A stretch of DNA of 45,917 bases from a phage. The notes below the pieces were generated by a model that had not been told where the DNA came from, searched no databases, and saw only the letters and a list, made by a program, of their open reading frames with translations. How positions within the stretch are numbered: the stretch's first letter is position 1; each line of letters begins with the position of its first letter. Of this stretch, positions 1-9,314 are shown in pieces. Made by a program: the position numbers and the translations under genes. The stretch is taken from NCBI GenBank assembly GCA_014750165.1, contig GCA_014750165.1_4319.1; one strand, given 5' to 3'.

Positions 1-8
1 AAAAAAAC

Positions 9-31
9 AGGGCGCTTCGGCGTCCTTTATT
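9..31 (+). terminator. intrinsic terminator-like hairpin
   Basis: AGGGCGC-TTCG-GCGTCCT stem-loop (one G:U) then TTATT, preceded by A7. It sits right after the TAA that would close the ORF leaving the window end. Confidence 0.6.
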
Positions 32-44
32 GTATGGAGCTAAT

Positions 45-446
45 ATGAATGATGCAATTTTGGCGTTTATGCGCTCGCTTGTTCCTGCGCTCAAGGCGGT
101 GGATGACGAATCAATTAATGTATGGATTGATTTGGCACGCCTATACGTATGCGAAAGCAAATTTGGTGCAGACAAAGACAAGGCTGTCGGGCTTTATGTG
201 CTACACCTGATGCTTGCTGATGGCGCATTTAAGGGTGAGAATGAAGGCCTGGAAACATACAGCCGTAGAATGGCAAGTTATGCACTGAGCGGTGAATTCT
301 CTATCACTTATGATAACCAATCAGCAATCCAGGGTGACTTATCATCTTCCTCATGGGGCCGCATGTACAAGGCACTTCTCCGCAAGAAAGGTGGCGGCTT
401 TGGATTGATTACTTCCGCTACTGGCGGTGGGTGCGGTTGCCGATGA
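45..446 (+). CDS. putative head-tail adaptor/connector protein
   Basis: ORF track 30..446. ATG at 45 follows GGAG (36-39). It is the first gene after the capsid block, and its stop overlaps the next start (ATGA at 443). Function assigned by position only. Confidence 0.55.
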   Translation: MNDAILAFMRSLVPALKAVDDESINVWIDLARLYVCESKFGADKDKAVGLYVLHLMLADGAFKGENEGLETYSRRMASYALSGEFSITYDNQSAIQGDLSSSSWGRMYKALLRKKGGGFGLITSATGGGCGCR

Positions 447-814
447 ACTACAGCGAAATCGAATCAATCACTCGCGCTGGTATTAACTTCTTTAGTGATG
501 CAAATTGTGTTTACGAAATGAGCACCGGAGCCGGTTATGTTGAAATCGTTAACGGCGTTGAGGTAGATGTTCCTTCGCAGACATCCCAGCTAAAAGGATT
601 GGTGAGAGAAATCAAGACGCGCGATATTGATGGCGAGTTTATCCAGTTTGGCGATAAGCGCGGAATCTTCACGGCACAGGTGGAAATTAAGCAGGGTTAT
701 CAGATTAAGGTTGATGGTGAGACTTTTGTTGTTGTTGACCCACGCCCTGTTAAACCAACTGGCACAGTTGTTGGTTATAGACCGATTCTTCGTAGGGTGG
801 CTACTTATGGCTAG
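443..814 (+). CDS. putative head-closure/neck protein
   Basis: ATG 443 overlaps the upstream TGA; 123 aa; lies in the head-to-tail joining gene run. Confidence 0.5.
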   Translation: MNYSEIESITRAGINFFSDANCVYEMSTGAGYVEIVNGVEVDVPSQTSQLKGLVREIKTRDIDGEFIQFGDKRGIFTAQVEIKQGYQIKVDGETFVVVDPRPVKPTGTVVGYRPILRRVATYG

Positions 815-1244
815 AAATATTGGAAGCGTGGCTATTTTTGAGAAATCTATTGCTGACTGGATTGATAGAGCAGACAGGGGCTTTGAGATTGTAGTAGCAA
901 ACACGGTAACTAAGGCAGCTAACGCAATTGTTGACCTTTCTCCCGTAGACACTGGTAGGTTCAAGGCTAACTGGCAAATCACTGCAAACTCACCAGCCCA
1001 GCAATCACTAAATGAGTACGATCAAACTGGTGGGCAGACGAAAACATATCTCGCCAGACAGGCTATGGCAGTTGCCAATTCAAAGGCCACTAGTGTTATT
1101 TATATCACTAACAGACTTGATTACGCTGCGGGGCTTGAGTATGGCGCATCAAATCAGGCTCCGGCTGGCGTTCTTGGCGTGGTGCAAGCAAGGTTGGGCA
1201 GGTATTTCCAGGAAGCGGTAGAGGAGGCTCGTCGTGCAATATGA
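807..1244 (+). CDS. HK97 gp10-like neck/tail-completion protein
   Basis: ATG 807 inside ORF 627..1244. LSPVDTGRFKANW resembles the HK97 gp10-family VDTG motif. Overlaps the neighbouring genes. Confidence 0.6.
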   Translation: MARNIGSVAIFEKSIADWIDRADRGFEIVVANTVTKAANAIVDLSPVDTGRFKANWQITANSPAQQSLNEYDQTGGQTKTYLARQAMAVANSKATSVIYITNRLDYAAGLEYGASNQAPAGVLGVVQARLGRYFQEAVEEARRAI

Positions 1245-1635
1245 ATTATCATTGGCAGCAAGGGCATTCGTCGACGATTTGTTGGTAAATGAATTTCCGG
1301 TCAGATATACAGTCGCTTGGGAGAACTGTAAGTTTACTCCTCCTGCCGATGGATCAATCTGGCTTAAGTACGACTATACAGAGGTTGACACAGTAACCTA
1401 CGGATTAAGCAGGAAGTGCAAATACTACGTAGGCATGGTTCAAATTTCAGTATTCTTCAGTCCTGGTACTGGAATTGACAGGCCCAGACAAATCGCTAAT
1501 AAATTGGCAGAATCTATCGTTGATGGTACAATGCTTGACAGCGGGACCATTTATGAGTCTGGAGTTGTTAACCCCGTTATCAAATCCAAGTCTGGGTGGT
1601 TTATCCCGGTTCGTTTTTATGTTCGTCTAGACTAA
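1234..1635 (+). CDS. tail terminator-like protein (gpU position)
   Basis: GTG 1234 lies 6 nt after GAGGAGG. 133 aa, immediately upstream of the major tail gene. Confidence 0.55.
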   Translation: MQYELSLAARAFVDDLLVNEFPVRYTVAWENCKFTPPADGSIWLKYDYTEVDTVTYGLSRKCKYYVGMVQISVFFSPGTGIDRPRQIANKLAESIVDGTMLDSGTIYESGVVNPVIKSKSGWFIPVRFYVRLD

Positions 1636-1650
1636 CAAAAGGAAAAATAC

Positions 1651-2307
1651 ATGGCTCACTTATCAAACGGCACCCAGGTGTTCGTAGAAGGCTCTCGCGG
1701 AGCTGCAATTGACGTAACTGCAATTTCTAACGCAGCTACCCCTGTTTTAACTGTATCTGACGCAGCTAGTTTGGTTGTTGGTGATTACCTGCTTTTCACA
1801 TCTTCAGCTTCCACTCTACTGGCCGACAAGCAAGTACGAATTACTGAAGTTTCTGGCACTTCGGTAACGGTTGAAGGTATTGATACCTCCAGCACCACCA
1901 AGTTCCCAGCTGGTTTAACTGGTGAAGTTGTCAAGATTACTTCCTGGTTCGAAGTTCCGTGTGTTCAGGACGTTTCCACTGACGGCGGCGAACAGCAGTT
2001 CGTTAACTTCCAGTGCTTGTCCGATGACCGCGAACAGCAGATTCCGACTTATAAATCTGCGGTAACGAACACCTTTACCTTCGCTCATGAGTACACTAAC
2101 CCGGTTTATCCGGTTCTGCGTAACTACGATGAGTCTGGCCAGGTTGTTGCGATTCGACTGTTCGTACCTCGCGCTAGCGAAATGCGTTTGCAGTCCGGCA
2201 CTATCGCTTTCAACGACACCCCTACAATTGGTGTTAACGAAATCGAAACTGTATCCATCGCAGTATCCATTCGTGGTCGACTGTCCTCCGTGGCAGCGGA
2301 AGTTTAA
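1651..2307 (+). CDS. major tail (tube) protein
   Basis: 218 aa with a strong RBS (AAGGAAAAA). Placed before the chaperone pair and tape measure, and followed by a strong terminator. Confidence 0.8.
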   Translation: MAHLSNGTQVFVEGSRGAAIDVTAISNAATPVLTVSDAASLVVGDYLLFTSSASTLLADKQVRITEVSGTSVTVEGIDTSSTTKFPAGLTGEVVKITSWFEVPCVQDVSTDGGEQQFVNFQCLSDDREQQIPTYKSAVTNTFTFAHEYTNPVYPVLRNYDESGQVVAIRLFVPRASEMRLQSGTIAFNDTPTIGVNEIETVSIAVSIRGRLSSVAAEV

Positions 2308-2312
2308 AACAC

Positions 2313-2336
2313 AAACCCTCTTCGGAGGGTTTTTTA
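2313..2336 (+). terminator. intrinsic terminator
   Basis: CCCTC-TTCG-GAGGG followed by T6. Confidence 0.75.
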
Positions 2337-2340
2337 TTGC

Positions 2341-2400
2341 ATAGCACTTTTTGCTAAAGCGTTAATCCAGTCTTCCTGTATAGTTAACTCATCGAAACGA
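2341..2400 (+). promoter_or_regulatory. box/-10/leader cassette (T-spacer variant)
   Basis: ATAGCACTTTTTGCTAAAG (2341-2359), a 22-nt spacer, TATAGT (2379-2384), then CATCGAAACGA (2390-2400). Confidence 0.6.
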
Positions 2401-2417
2401 AATGAGAGACTAAAGAA

Positions 2418-2543
2418 ATGAAAGCAATCATCACAATTATGGCAGTGGCAGCGGCAACAACCCTTTCAATTACTTATGTTAAGTTTTGCATGTCAGTAGC
2501 TGAGAGCTACTCAATCTGGCAATTTGCAACTCATTGGCACTAA
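2418..2543 (+). CDS. 41-aa hydrophobic peptide (moron-like)
   Basis: ATG 2418 follows the cassette leader. Sequence MKAIITIMAVAAATTLSITYVKFCM... Below the ORF-track size cutoff. Sits between the major tail terminator and the chaperone gene. Confidence 0.45.
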   Translation: MKAIITIMAVAAATTLSITYVKFCMSVAESYSIWQFATHWH

Positions 2544-2586
2544 GTGTTAGAATACTGATTCACAAACAATAAGAGGATTAACTAAG

Positions 2587-2901
2587 ATGGCAAAATTCAA
2601 ACTTTCACTAGCAGCGCTTCCTGACTTTAAGCTGCCTGTAAAATTCAAGCTGGCTAACGACCAGGATGTAGAGGTTATCTTTACAGTCAAGCACAAGAAA
2701 ACCTCAGAGCTTCAGGAGTTACTTAATAAAGAAGGCCTAAGCACCAAAGAACTCATTATGGCAATTGCATCTGATTGGGATTTGGAGGAGGAATACAACG
2801 AAGACAACGTTAATGAGTTCTCAGACCTGTTCCCGTCTTCAACCGTTGCTCTTACCACTGCTTACATGCAGGCGCTCGCTGGTCAGAGAGTAAAAAACTA
2901 A
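2587..2901 (+). CDS. tail assembly chaperone (gpG-like)
   Basis: 104 aa, directly upstream of the tape measure, with a slippery heptamer at its 3' end. Confidence 0.8.
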   Translation: MAKFKLSLAALPDFKLPVKFKLANDQDVEVIFTVKHKKTSELQELLNKEGLSTKELIMAIASDWDLEEEYNEDNVNEFSDLFPSSTVALTTAYMQALAGQRVKN

Positions 2902-3221
2902 AACGAGCGGTGTATCTACAGTACCAGTCAGAGCCAACAGATGCCGAACTGGAAGCTATTGGGATGCGCCGCTCCGATTACGAAGATGAAGAGCCTGAAG
3001 TTTTACACTTCGACGAAAACATGATGAAGGCGTGGGACATTTACTGTTCAATGGCTACGCAATGGCGAGTCGGAGCTAACGGAGCTACAGGCCTAGATTA
3101 CAACGTGCTAAATTTCCTCTTTAGAGTGTATAATGTTTCTGAAGAAGAATTGGTACTCAGCGATTTACGCATCCTTGAAGCTAAGGCTCTTGAGATGATG
3201 GATAACCTGAGAAAAAAATAA
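2587..3221 (+). CDS. tail assembly chaperone G-T fusion (via -1 frameshift at 2892-2898)
   Basis: The downstream ORF 2910..3221 has no RBS of its own and lies in the -1 frame of the G-like ORF. This is the conserved lambda G/GT arrangement. Confidence 0.7.
2892..2898 (+). other. -1 programmed frameshift slippery site A_AAA_AAC
   Basis: Zero-frame codons are gtA AAA AAC TAA. A -1 slip reads AAA AAA CTA AAA CGA GCG GTG, which is in frame with ORF 2910..3221. Confidence 0.75.
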
Positions 3222-3242
3222 CCCGCTTCGGCGGGTTTTCTA
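3222..3242 (+). terminator. terminator-like hairpin
   Basis: CCCGC-TTCG-GCGGG followed by TTTTCTATT. Confidence 0.5.
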
Positions 3243-3256
3243 TTATGGAGGCTTAG

Positions 3257-6241
3257 ATGGCAACAAATGAATTAGCCGGAATCACACTAGCCGTAGACGT
3301 CTCGCAAGTAGACAGGGGCACGCAATCCCTACAGAAGTTCAGGCAAGCTAACCAGCAAGCCGCTTCCGGCATTAGTGAATTCGTCAATGCTGAGCAGGTT
3401 GCTAAAAACCAGGCAAGAGACACAGCTCGCGCACTGGCTGAACAGCAAGCATCTTTAGCTAAATTGCAAACAGCTATCGACCCAACGGCTGCAAAGTTCC
3501 GCAAGCTGCAAGAGGCCGCAGTGGGTCTTGATAAGGCATTCGCGGCTGGCGTAGTTCCTGATGAGGAATTTTTCCGATTAGGCGAGGCGATTGAAACGCA
3601 GAACGCAAAACTTGCTCGCTCACGTGCAGCGCTAACTGAAGAGGGAAGAGCGGCTGCTCAGGCTGCAAAGGATAAGGCAAAAGCGAAGGCTGAAGCTGAT
3701 AGATTCATTGCATCACTTGAGCGTCAGGCTCAAGCAGCGACATTGACGCGAGAGGAGTACCTAAAGTTACAAGCGGCCCAGCTTGGAGTTAGTTCCCAGG
3801 CTGCACCAATCATTGACAGAATCGCCGACGCATCACAGAAGGCAAATACCCAGTTAATTGCTCAGAGTAAGGCTTTTCAGAAATCAGGATTAAGCGCCGG
3901 GCAATACAAGAATGCCATATCTCAACTACCAGCGCAGATTACTGATATTGGCACGTCGCTTGCTGGCGGAATTCCGATTTGGCTTATTGCAATTCAGCAG
4001 GGCGGGCAAATTAAGGATGCTTTTGGTGGTATTGGCAACACCTTTAGATTCGCGCTTGCGGCCTTAAATCCATTCAATGTTGCTGTTGGTGTTTTGGGTG
4101 GGGCTCTTGTGGCTCTTGGTGTTGGTGCGGCTCAGGCTGAAAGTGAATTCAGGGCGTTAAACTCCGCAATTGCGTTCTCAAACAACTCTACAATCGCATC
4201 AATCTCTCAGGTTAGAGAGTTGGTTAGCTCTGTTTCTGATGCAACGGGTGCCACCAGAGGACTTGTGACTAGCATCGCAACAAGCCTTACTGAGCAAGGG
4301 AACCTTACGCTGACGCAGATTGACAAGATTACTAAATCGACCGCAAGATGGGCGCAGTTGACAGGTAAGGATGCGAAGGAGATTACTGGTTACTATAACC
4401 AGATTGCGAGCGACCCAATACAGGGTTTAGTTGATTTGGATAAGCGCTTTAACTTCCTCACGCAGGGGCAGTTGACGACAATCGAAAACCTGAGAAAGAC
4501 AAAGGGAAAGGTTGAGGCTGTTACCGCCGCAATTGACATTTTCAGCAAGTCGCAGGAAGCCAACCTTAACGACATAGCGGCGCAGTTAACTCCGCTTGAG
4601 CTAGCCTGGAATGATTTCAGAAAGTACATCTCTGATATCTGGGATGCAATTAGTCGTAGAACGGTTGGGGCGCTAAACCTTTTTGTTGATGTAATCGCCG
4701 GAACGATTGAACAGATTAGGGTGTTCATTAACCAGGGCGACGTGCTGATTGGTGAGTTTGTAATCAGTGCAACGCAAGCGCTGCAAAACATCCCTGGTCT
4801 TGGCGATGCTGGAAATAATGTAATATCTGAGCAGCAGAAGATTATCGATGCTGCCAAGAGGCAAAACCTTGAGCTGGAAAAGTCCATCAGGGAGAGAGAT
4901 GCCAGAATCAGAGAGGGAGAACTTGGTTACGTTACTCGCAGGGAAAATCAGAATACCAATGAGCAATCAGGGACCGATGAGGAATTCGCAAAAAGGAAGA
5001 AGGCACTTCAGGATGAGCTTGACGCGATCAAGAAGAATAGGAAAGAGAAAAAAGGGAGGGTTAAGGAGCAAAGGGATTTAACAATTGGTTACGAATCTGG
5101 CGTGTTGGCACTTCAGGCCCAACTCAAGGTGCTTCAGGAAAACAGGGATGTTGGCGCAGTAATAAGCAATGAGCGCAATCAGTACCTTCAGGAAGAGGCT
5201 AAATTCAGGATTCTTGAGCAGAGGCAGCTTGATGGCTCGATTACCAAAGAGCAAGCAAGACTTCTCATTGAGAAGGATAAAGTACTAGAATTGGCAAGGC
5301 AGAAGGCTGAACTTGGCGACCAGATTGTTTTGCAGGAGCGAGCCAATAAGTTAGCTGAAGATAACCGTAAAAAGATCCTTCAGATTAACAATGAAGCAAG
5401 TAATATCGACTTGGGTGCTGGCCTGTCTTCTCGGGAGCAGCAGAGACTTAAAGAGATACAGGCACTCAAATCAAATCAGGAAAACGCTGGTGGATCTGTC
5501 AATGACGTTGATTTCCAGCAATTACTGGAAGCAAGAAAGGAATATTACAAGCAGGAGGATAATCTTAGATCAGACTGGCAATCCGGTGTAACATCCACTC
5601 TCGCCGACTTGACAGAGAAGTACACTGACTACAACCAGATTGCTAAGGACTTAACCGTTGCGGCATTTGACGGGATAACAGAGCAAATTACAAACCTTGT
5701 AACCACTGGTGAGACGAACTTTAGGGAGTTCACCGCAAGCATCCTCAAAATGATTGCGAAGATTGCAACTCAATTGCTTTTGGTTAAGGCTATTGAATCT
5801 ACAATCAAGAGCTTTGGTGGTGACACTGGTGCAGGTAGCGCTTTCGAGTCAATAAAATCAGCAATTGGTTTTGCTGGCGGTGGCTACACTGGTGATGGTG
5901 GGAAATATCAGCCAGCAGGAACCGTACACCGCGGTGAGTTTGTATTCACAAAAGAAGCGACAAGCCGAATTGGTGTTAAAAACCTATACGCACTGATGAA
6001 AGGTTATGCAAACGGCGGAGCGGTTGGTGGTCAATCTGGTTATGCTAATGGCGGCTTGGTTTCTAGTGGCTCAGATGTTAATGTTAGCGGCATCACTGTT
6101 AACGTAAACTCGGGTGTAGGTAGCGATCCGGAACAAGCTAAAGCATTGCAGAGTGGCGTTAAGGCAATAGTAGCGGAAGAGATTGCTCAGTCTTTCCAGC
6201 AAGGCGGCCGTGCTTATGCTTACCTTCGCGGATTCAACTAA
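3257..6241 (+). CDS. tail tape measure protein
   Basis: 994 aa. Ala/Gln-rich coiled-coil N-terminus, a hydrophobic glycine-rich segment (GGIPIWLIAIQQGG..), and a position after the G/GT chaperones. Confidence 0.9.
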   Translation: MATNELAGITLAVDVSQVDRGTQSLQKFRQANQQAASGISEFVNAEQVAKNQARDTARALAEQQASLAKLQTAIDPTAAKFRKLQEAAVGLDKAFAAGVVPDEEFFRLGEAIETQNAKLARSRAALTEEGRAAAQAAKDKAKAKAEADRFIASLERQAQAATLTREEYLKLQAAQLGVSSQAAPIIDRIADASQKANTQLIAQSKAFQKSGLSAGQYKNAISQLPAQITDIGTSLAGGIPIWLIAIQQGGQIKDAFGGIGNTFRFALAALNPFNVAVGVLGGALVALGVGAAQAESEFRALNSAIAFSNNSTIASISQVRELVSSVSDATGATRGLVTSIATSLTEQGNLTLTQIDKITKSTARWAQLTGKDAKEITGYYNQIASDPIQGLVDLDKRFNFLTQGQLTTIENLRKTKGKVEAVTAAIDIFSKSQEANLNDIAAQLTPLELAWNDFRKYISDIWDAISRRTVGALNLFVDVIAGTIEQIRVFINQGDVLIGEFVISATQALQNIPGLGDAGNNVISEQQKIIDAAKRQNLELEKSIRERDARIREGELGYVTRRENQNTNEQSGTDEEFAKRKKALQDELDAIKKNRKEKKGRVKEQRDLTIGYESGVLALQAQLKVLQENRDVGAVISNERNQYLQEEAKFRILEQRQLDGSITKEQARLLIEKDKVLELARQKAELGDQIVLQERANKLAEDNRKKILQINNEASNIDLGAGLSSREQQRLKEIQALKSNQENAGGSVNDVDFQQLLEARKEYYKQEDNLRSDWQSGVTSTLADLTEKYTDYNQIAKDLTVAAFDGITEQITNLVTTGETNFREFTASILKMIAKIATQLLLVKAIESTIKSFGGDTGAGSAFESIKSAIGFAGGGYTGDGGKYQPAGTVHRGEFVFTKEATSRIGVKNLYALMKGYANGGAVGGQSGYANGGLVSSGSDVNVSGITVNVNSGVGSDPEQAKALQSGVKAIVAEEIAQSFQQGGRAYAYLRGFN

Positions 6242-6271
6242 TTAATGGGGCTCCGGCCCCTAAGGATTTTT

Positions 6272-6622
6272 ATGGCTATTGATACTTTTAAATGGTGCAC
6301 TCAGATACAAAATGGAGGAGCCGCATTTTCCAACACGAACAATGTGCGAATCGTTAGCTTTGGTAATGGTTACGAGGCTAGAGGCACGGGAGGCTATCGC
6401 AGCAACAAGCGCAGCTACCAGATGACATACACTAACAAGGACTGGCGAGATGTGATGGATTTCTGCTTCAACCACATCATTACCCCGTTCTTCTGGACAA
6501 CTCCGCAGGGTGATACATCAATGTTTGTGATTCAACAGGATAGTATTAGCGTGACACCAGTCAGTAAGGAAGTTCAGACTGTAAACATGCAATTCGTGGA
6601 AGTATTTAGCTCAATGCGTTAA
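6272..6622 (+). CDS. minor tail protein (lambda gpM-like)
   Basis: ATG 6272 follows AAGGA. 116 aa. First gene of the M-L-K-I-J order. Confidence 0.75.
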   Translation: MAIDTFKWCTQIQNGGAAFSNTNNVRIVSFGNGYEARGTGGYRSNKRSYQMTYTNKDWRDVMDFCFNHIITPFFWTTPQGDTSMFVIQQDSISVTPVSKEVQTVNMQFVEVFSSMR

Positions 6623-6625
6623 ACT

Positions 6626-6648
6626 AGGCCCCATTAGGGGCTTTTTTA
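6626..6648 (+). terminator. terminator-like hairpin inside the tail operon
   Basis: GGCCCC-ATTA-GGGGCT followed by T6. Confidence 0.55.
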
Positions 6649-6660
6649 TTGGAGAAAATC

Positions 6661-7416
6661 ATGTTAAGTCCAAAGTTTGAAAATCAGTTGCAAAGTCTTT
6701 TCCCAGGCGAGATTGTGACTCTAATCCAGGTTGACGGAACCTCCTTTGGCTCTCTCGTTTATTCGTTCCATAATGAGAACATTTCATACACGCCAGAAGA
6801 GATCATGCTTGCCCAAATGAATGGCGAGCCACTGCCAGAGAAAACGATTACATTCCGTGGTGAAGAGTACGGCCCAAGACCTTTCGGCATCTCTGGCATC
6901 AATATGACTTCTGATGGCAAGGCAAACAAAGTTACGCTAACTGTATCAAACGTAGACCAGAGGATTAGCGCCTTGATTCGAACATACAACGGACTTGTTA
7001 AAGCTAAGGTTACCATATGGATTACTACGCGAGATAACATCAATGAAGACGGGAGTATTGCTGATGGAGATTATCGCAAATTCGTTTACTTCATTGAGCG
7101 ACCTAAGCAGGTTGATTACAAAACTGCGTCATTTGAGCTTAGTAGCCCGATGGATATGGATGGCATTTACATACCCGCACGGCTTGTTCAGTCTGTTTGT
7201 TATTGGGCGTCAAGGGGTTGGTATCGTAGCGGTAATGGATGCGACTACGCTGGTAATCGTTATTTTGACAAAGACGACAACCCGGTCAGTGACCCTTCTC
7301 TAGATTTCTGTGCGGGCACTGTTAACAGTTGCAAGATTAGATTCGGCGAGAATAATCAGCTTTCATTTGGTGGATGCGCAGCAGCAAGCCTTCAAGCCAA
7401 AGCGAATCAATCATAG
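6661..7416 (+). CDS. minor tail protein (lambda gpL-like)
   Basis: ATG 6661 follows GGAG. Has LTVSN and a C-terminal Cys cluster (CYW..C..C..C) as in gpL. Its stop TAG is part of the repeat box. Confidence 0.85.
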   Translation: MLSPKFENQLQSLFPGEIVTLIQVDGTSFGSLVYSFHNENISYTPEEIMLAQMNGEPLPEKTITFRGEEYGPRPFGISGINMTSDGKANKVTLTVSNVDQRISALIRTYNGLVKAKVTIWITTRDNINEDGSIADGDYRKFVYFIERPKQVDYKTASFELSSPMDMDGIYIPARLVQSVCYWASRGWYRSGNGCDYAGNRYFDKDDNPVSDPSLDFCAGTVNSCKIRFGENNQLSFGGCAAASLQAKANQS

Positions 7417-7470
7417 CACTTTTTGTTAAGAGGAAGGCGCAGGAATGCGCTATCCTCTAATCTCTTAAAC
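7413..7470 (+). promoter_or_regulatory. degenerate box cassette (T-spacer variant)
   Basis: ATAGCACTTTTTGTTAAG, then a long GAGGA..GCGC/GCGC..TCCTC hairpin and a weak TATCCT hexamer at the 22-nt spacing. Confidence 0.4.
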
Positions 7471-7482
7471 TGGAGATTAAAA

Positions 7483-7968
7483 ATGAACTGGAATGAAATT
7501 TTCGAATACAGAGATGGCAAGATTTATTGGAAAGTTAGCCCTGGCAGGAGGGCTAAGGTTGGTTCGGAAGCTGGATCAAATCAAATAAAAGGGTATAGAT
7601 TTGTGAAATTTCACGGAGTTTTATATATGACACACAGGGTTATTTGGGAGATGCATAACTGTGAAATACCGCATGGAATGGAGGTTGACCATTTAAATCA
7701 CATTAGGGACGATAACAGGATAGAGAATTTAAGAGTTGTTACAAAGTCAATTAATCAGAGGAATGCATCTAAAAGAATTGATAATAAAAGCGGTTTTACA
7801 GGCGTTTCTTGGTATCCCAAATATTCAAAGTGGAATGCTTACGCGACAGTAAATTCCAAGAGGTTTAATCTTGGTTACTTTGAATCAAAGCAAGATGCCT
7901 ATGTGGCTGTTAAAAAATTTAGGTCCATAAATGATTTTCATAAAAACCATGGAGTTGATTTATGTTAA
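7483..7968 (+). CDS. HNH homing endonuclease with AP2-like DNA-binding domain (copy 1)
   Basis: ATG 7483 follows GGAG. Contains HRVIWE..EVDHLNHIRDDNRIENLR (HNH) followed by GVSWYPKYSKWNAY (AP2-like). Inserted between the tail genes L and K. Confidence 0.85.
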   Translation: MNWNEIFEYRDGKIYWKVSPGRRAKVGSEAGSNQIKGYRFVKFHGVLYMTHRVIWEMHNCEIPHGMEVDHLNHIRDDNRIENLRVVTKSINQRNASKRIDNKSGFTGVSWYPKYSKWNAYATVNSKRFNLGYFESKQDAYVAVKKFRSINDFHKNHGVDLC

Positions 7969-8720
7969 CAAAAAGATGCAAATTAGAAATCTTTCGCCAC
8001 GCCAACGAGGTTTACCCGCATGAGTGCTGTGGAGTCGTCACACAGAAGGGTCGCGCTCAGAAATACCATAGAATCAAAAACGCCAGTAAAGACCCGGAAA
8101 ATGAGTTTATCCTTGATTCAAATGAGTATGCAGATGTTCTCTTTGAGTTAGCTCACAATGAGTCAATTGTTTACGTAGTTCACTCCCACACGGGTGATGG
8201 AGCCACAACAAGACCCAGCCCAGCGGATATCTGTAGCTGCAATGAATGCGAGATTCCTTATGTTATTGTAAGCATCCCAGAGGGAGACATGCGGATTCTT
8301 GAGCCATCAAATATGCCACTGATTGGTCGACCGTGGGGTCTTGGTAGCTTCGATTGCTGGGAGTTGGTTATGGCATTTCACAAGAAATACGGCGTAAAGC
8401 TGAACGACTATCGCGTTAATTACCCATGGTGGGAGAAGAAGTACAGCGAAAATATCTATGACGACAATTGGGCTAAAGAAGGTTTTGAGCTAGTAAAAAA
8501 CTCAGATATTCCCATTGGATCAATGATTATGATGCAGGTGCAGAGTGAGGTGACAAACCACGCCGGAATCTATATTGGCAACAACAGATTCATCCACCAT
8601 CTCTATGGTAAAATGAGTTCTGTAGATATCTACTCCGATTACTGGCGCGAGCGCACGGTGCGAATCGTTCGCCATAAGGATTTACCAGAGGATGTAATTT
8701 ATGACCCAGAAACTGATTGA
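7962..8720 (+). CDS. minor tail protein (lambda gpK-like, JAB/MPN + NlpC/P60)
   Basis: HECCG..HSHTGDGATTRPSPADI matches a JAMM-type motif. A C-terminal NlpC/P60-like region is present. Confidence 0.85.
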   Translation: MLTKRCKLEIFRHANEVYPHECCGVVTQKGRAQKYHRIKNASKDPENEFILDSNEYADVLFELAHNESIVYVVHSHTGDGATTRPSPADICSCNECEIPYVIVSIPEGDMRILEPSNMPLIGRPWGLGSFDCWELVMAFHKKYGVKLNDYRVNYPWWEKKYSENIYDDNWAKEGFELVKNSDIPIGSMIMMQVQSEVTNHAGIYIGNNRFIHHLYGKMSSVDIYSDYWRERTVRIVRHKDLPEDVIYDPETD

Positions 8721-9273
8721 TATTAAGTTAGGCCTGTCGCTAGGCCGTAAGTTTGGCAAGATTCACCAAATGGCAGTGAGTAGCGTGCCAGAGGCAATGC
8801 GAGCGCTTTGCTCTCAGATTCCCGCCCTCAAGGAGTTCATGAACAGTCATGTTGGTCAAAACACAAGGTACGCCGTGTTCGTTGATGGCAAAAATGTGAA
8901 CGAGCATCGAATCTCTGATTTTAGCGCCGTTCATGAGATACGCATCTTACCAATCCCTCAAGGCCGCAAGTCAGGTGGGTTATTTCAGACAATCCTAGGT
9001 GCTGCGCTTATCACGGTTGGTATCTTTACTGGTCAGATTTATCTTGTTGGTGCTGGTGTGTCTTTGGCAGCGGGTGGTATTGCTCAGCTACTTTCACCAC
9101 AAGCAACTGGATTAAAGACCCAGAACAACCAAGCGAGCAACCGCGCATCTTACGCATTTGGCTCAGCTGTAAACACGGTAGCCGCTGGTTATCCAGTCTG
9201 CCTACCATATGGCTACAGAACGGTTGGTGGCTCGGTATTTAGTGCCGGCAGCTACGCCGAAGACAATGCTTAA
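8701..9273 (+). CDS. tail assembly protein (lambda gpI-like)
   Basis: 190 aa, overlaps K, has a C-terminal hydrophobic Gly-rich segment, and precedes J. Confidence 0.8.
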   Translation: MTQKLIDIKLGLSLGRKFGKIHQMAVSSVPEAMRALCSQIPALKEFMNSHVGQNTRYAVFVDGKNVNEHRISDFSAVHEIRILPIPQGRKSGGLFQTILGAALITVGIFTGQIYLVGAGVSLAAGGIAQLLSPQATGLKTQNNQASNRASYAFGSAVNTVAAGYPVCLPYGYRTVGGSVFSAGSYAEDNA

Positions 9274-9280
9274 ATATCAT

Positions 9281-9303
9281 ACCCGCCTAGTGCGGGTTTT
9301 TTA
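9281..9303 (+). terminator. terminator-like hairpin
   Basis: ACCCGC-CTAGT-GCGGGT followed by T6. Confidence 0.6.
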
Positions 9304-9314
9304 TTTAGTGTAGA

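Noticed and set aside
2351-2356. TTGCTA of the box acting as an ordinary sigma70 -35 hexamer.
   Set aside because: Its distance to the -10-like hexamer is a constant 22 nt, outside the 16-19 nt window for sigma70 promoters.
3253-6241. Antisense and alternate-frame ORFs inside the tape measure gene (e.g. 3253..3504, 3474..3680, 4393..4887, 4673..4966, 4848..5081, 5391..5591).
   Set aside because: They are fully nested in a long, well-supported gene, have no RBS, and have low-complexity or odd composition. The same reasoning applies to nested ORFs inside J, the tailspike, primase, helicase, the DUF3987-like gene, TerL, portal and the capsid gene.
6246-6271. The GGGGC-TCCG-GCCCC hairpin after the tape measure gene, considered as a terminator.
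   Set aside because: The T-run is separated from the stem by TAAGGA, which is the RBS of the next gene. It is more likely a stabilising or coupling hairpin than a terminator.
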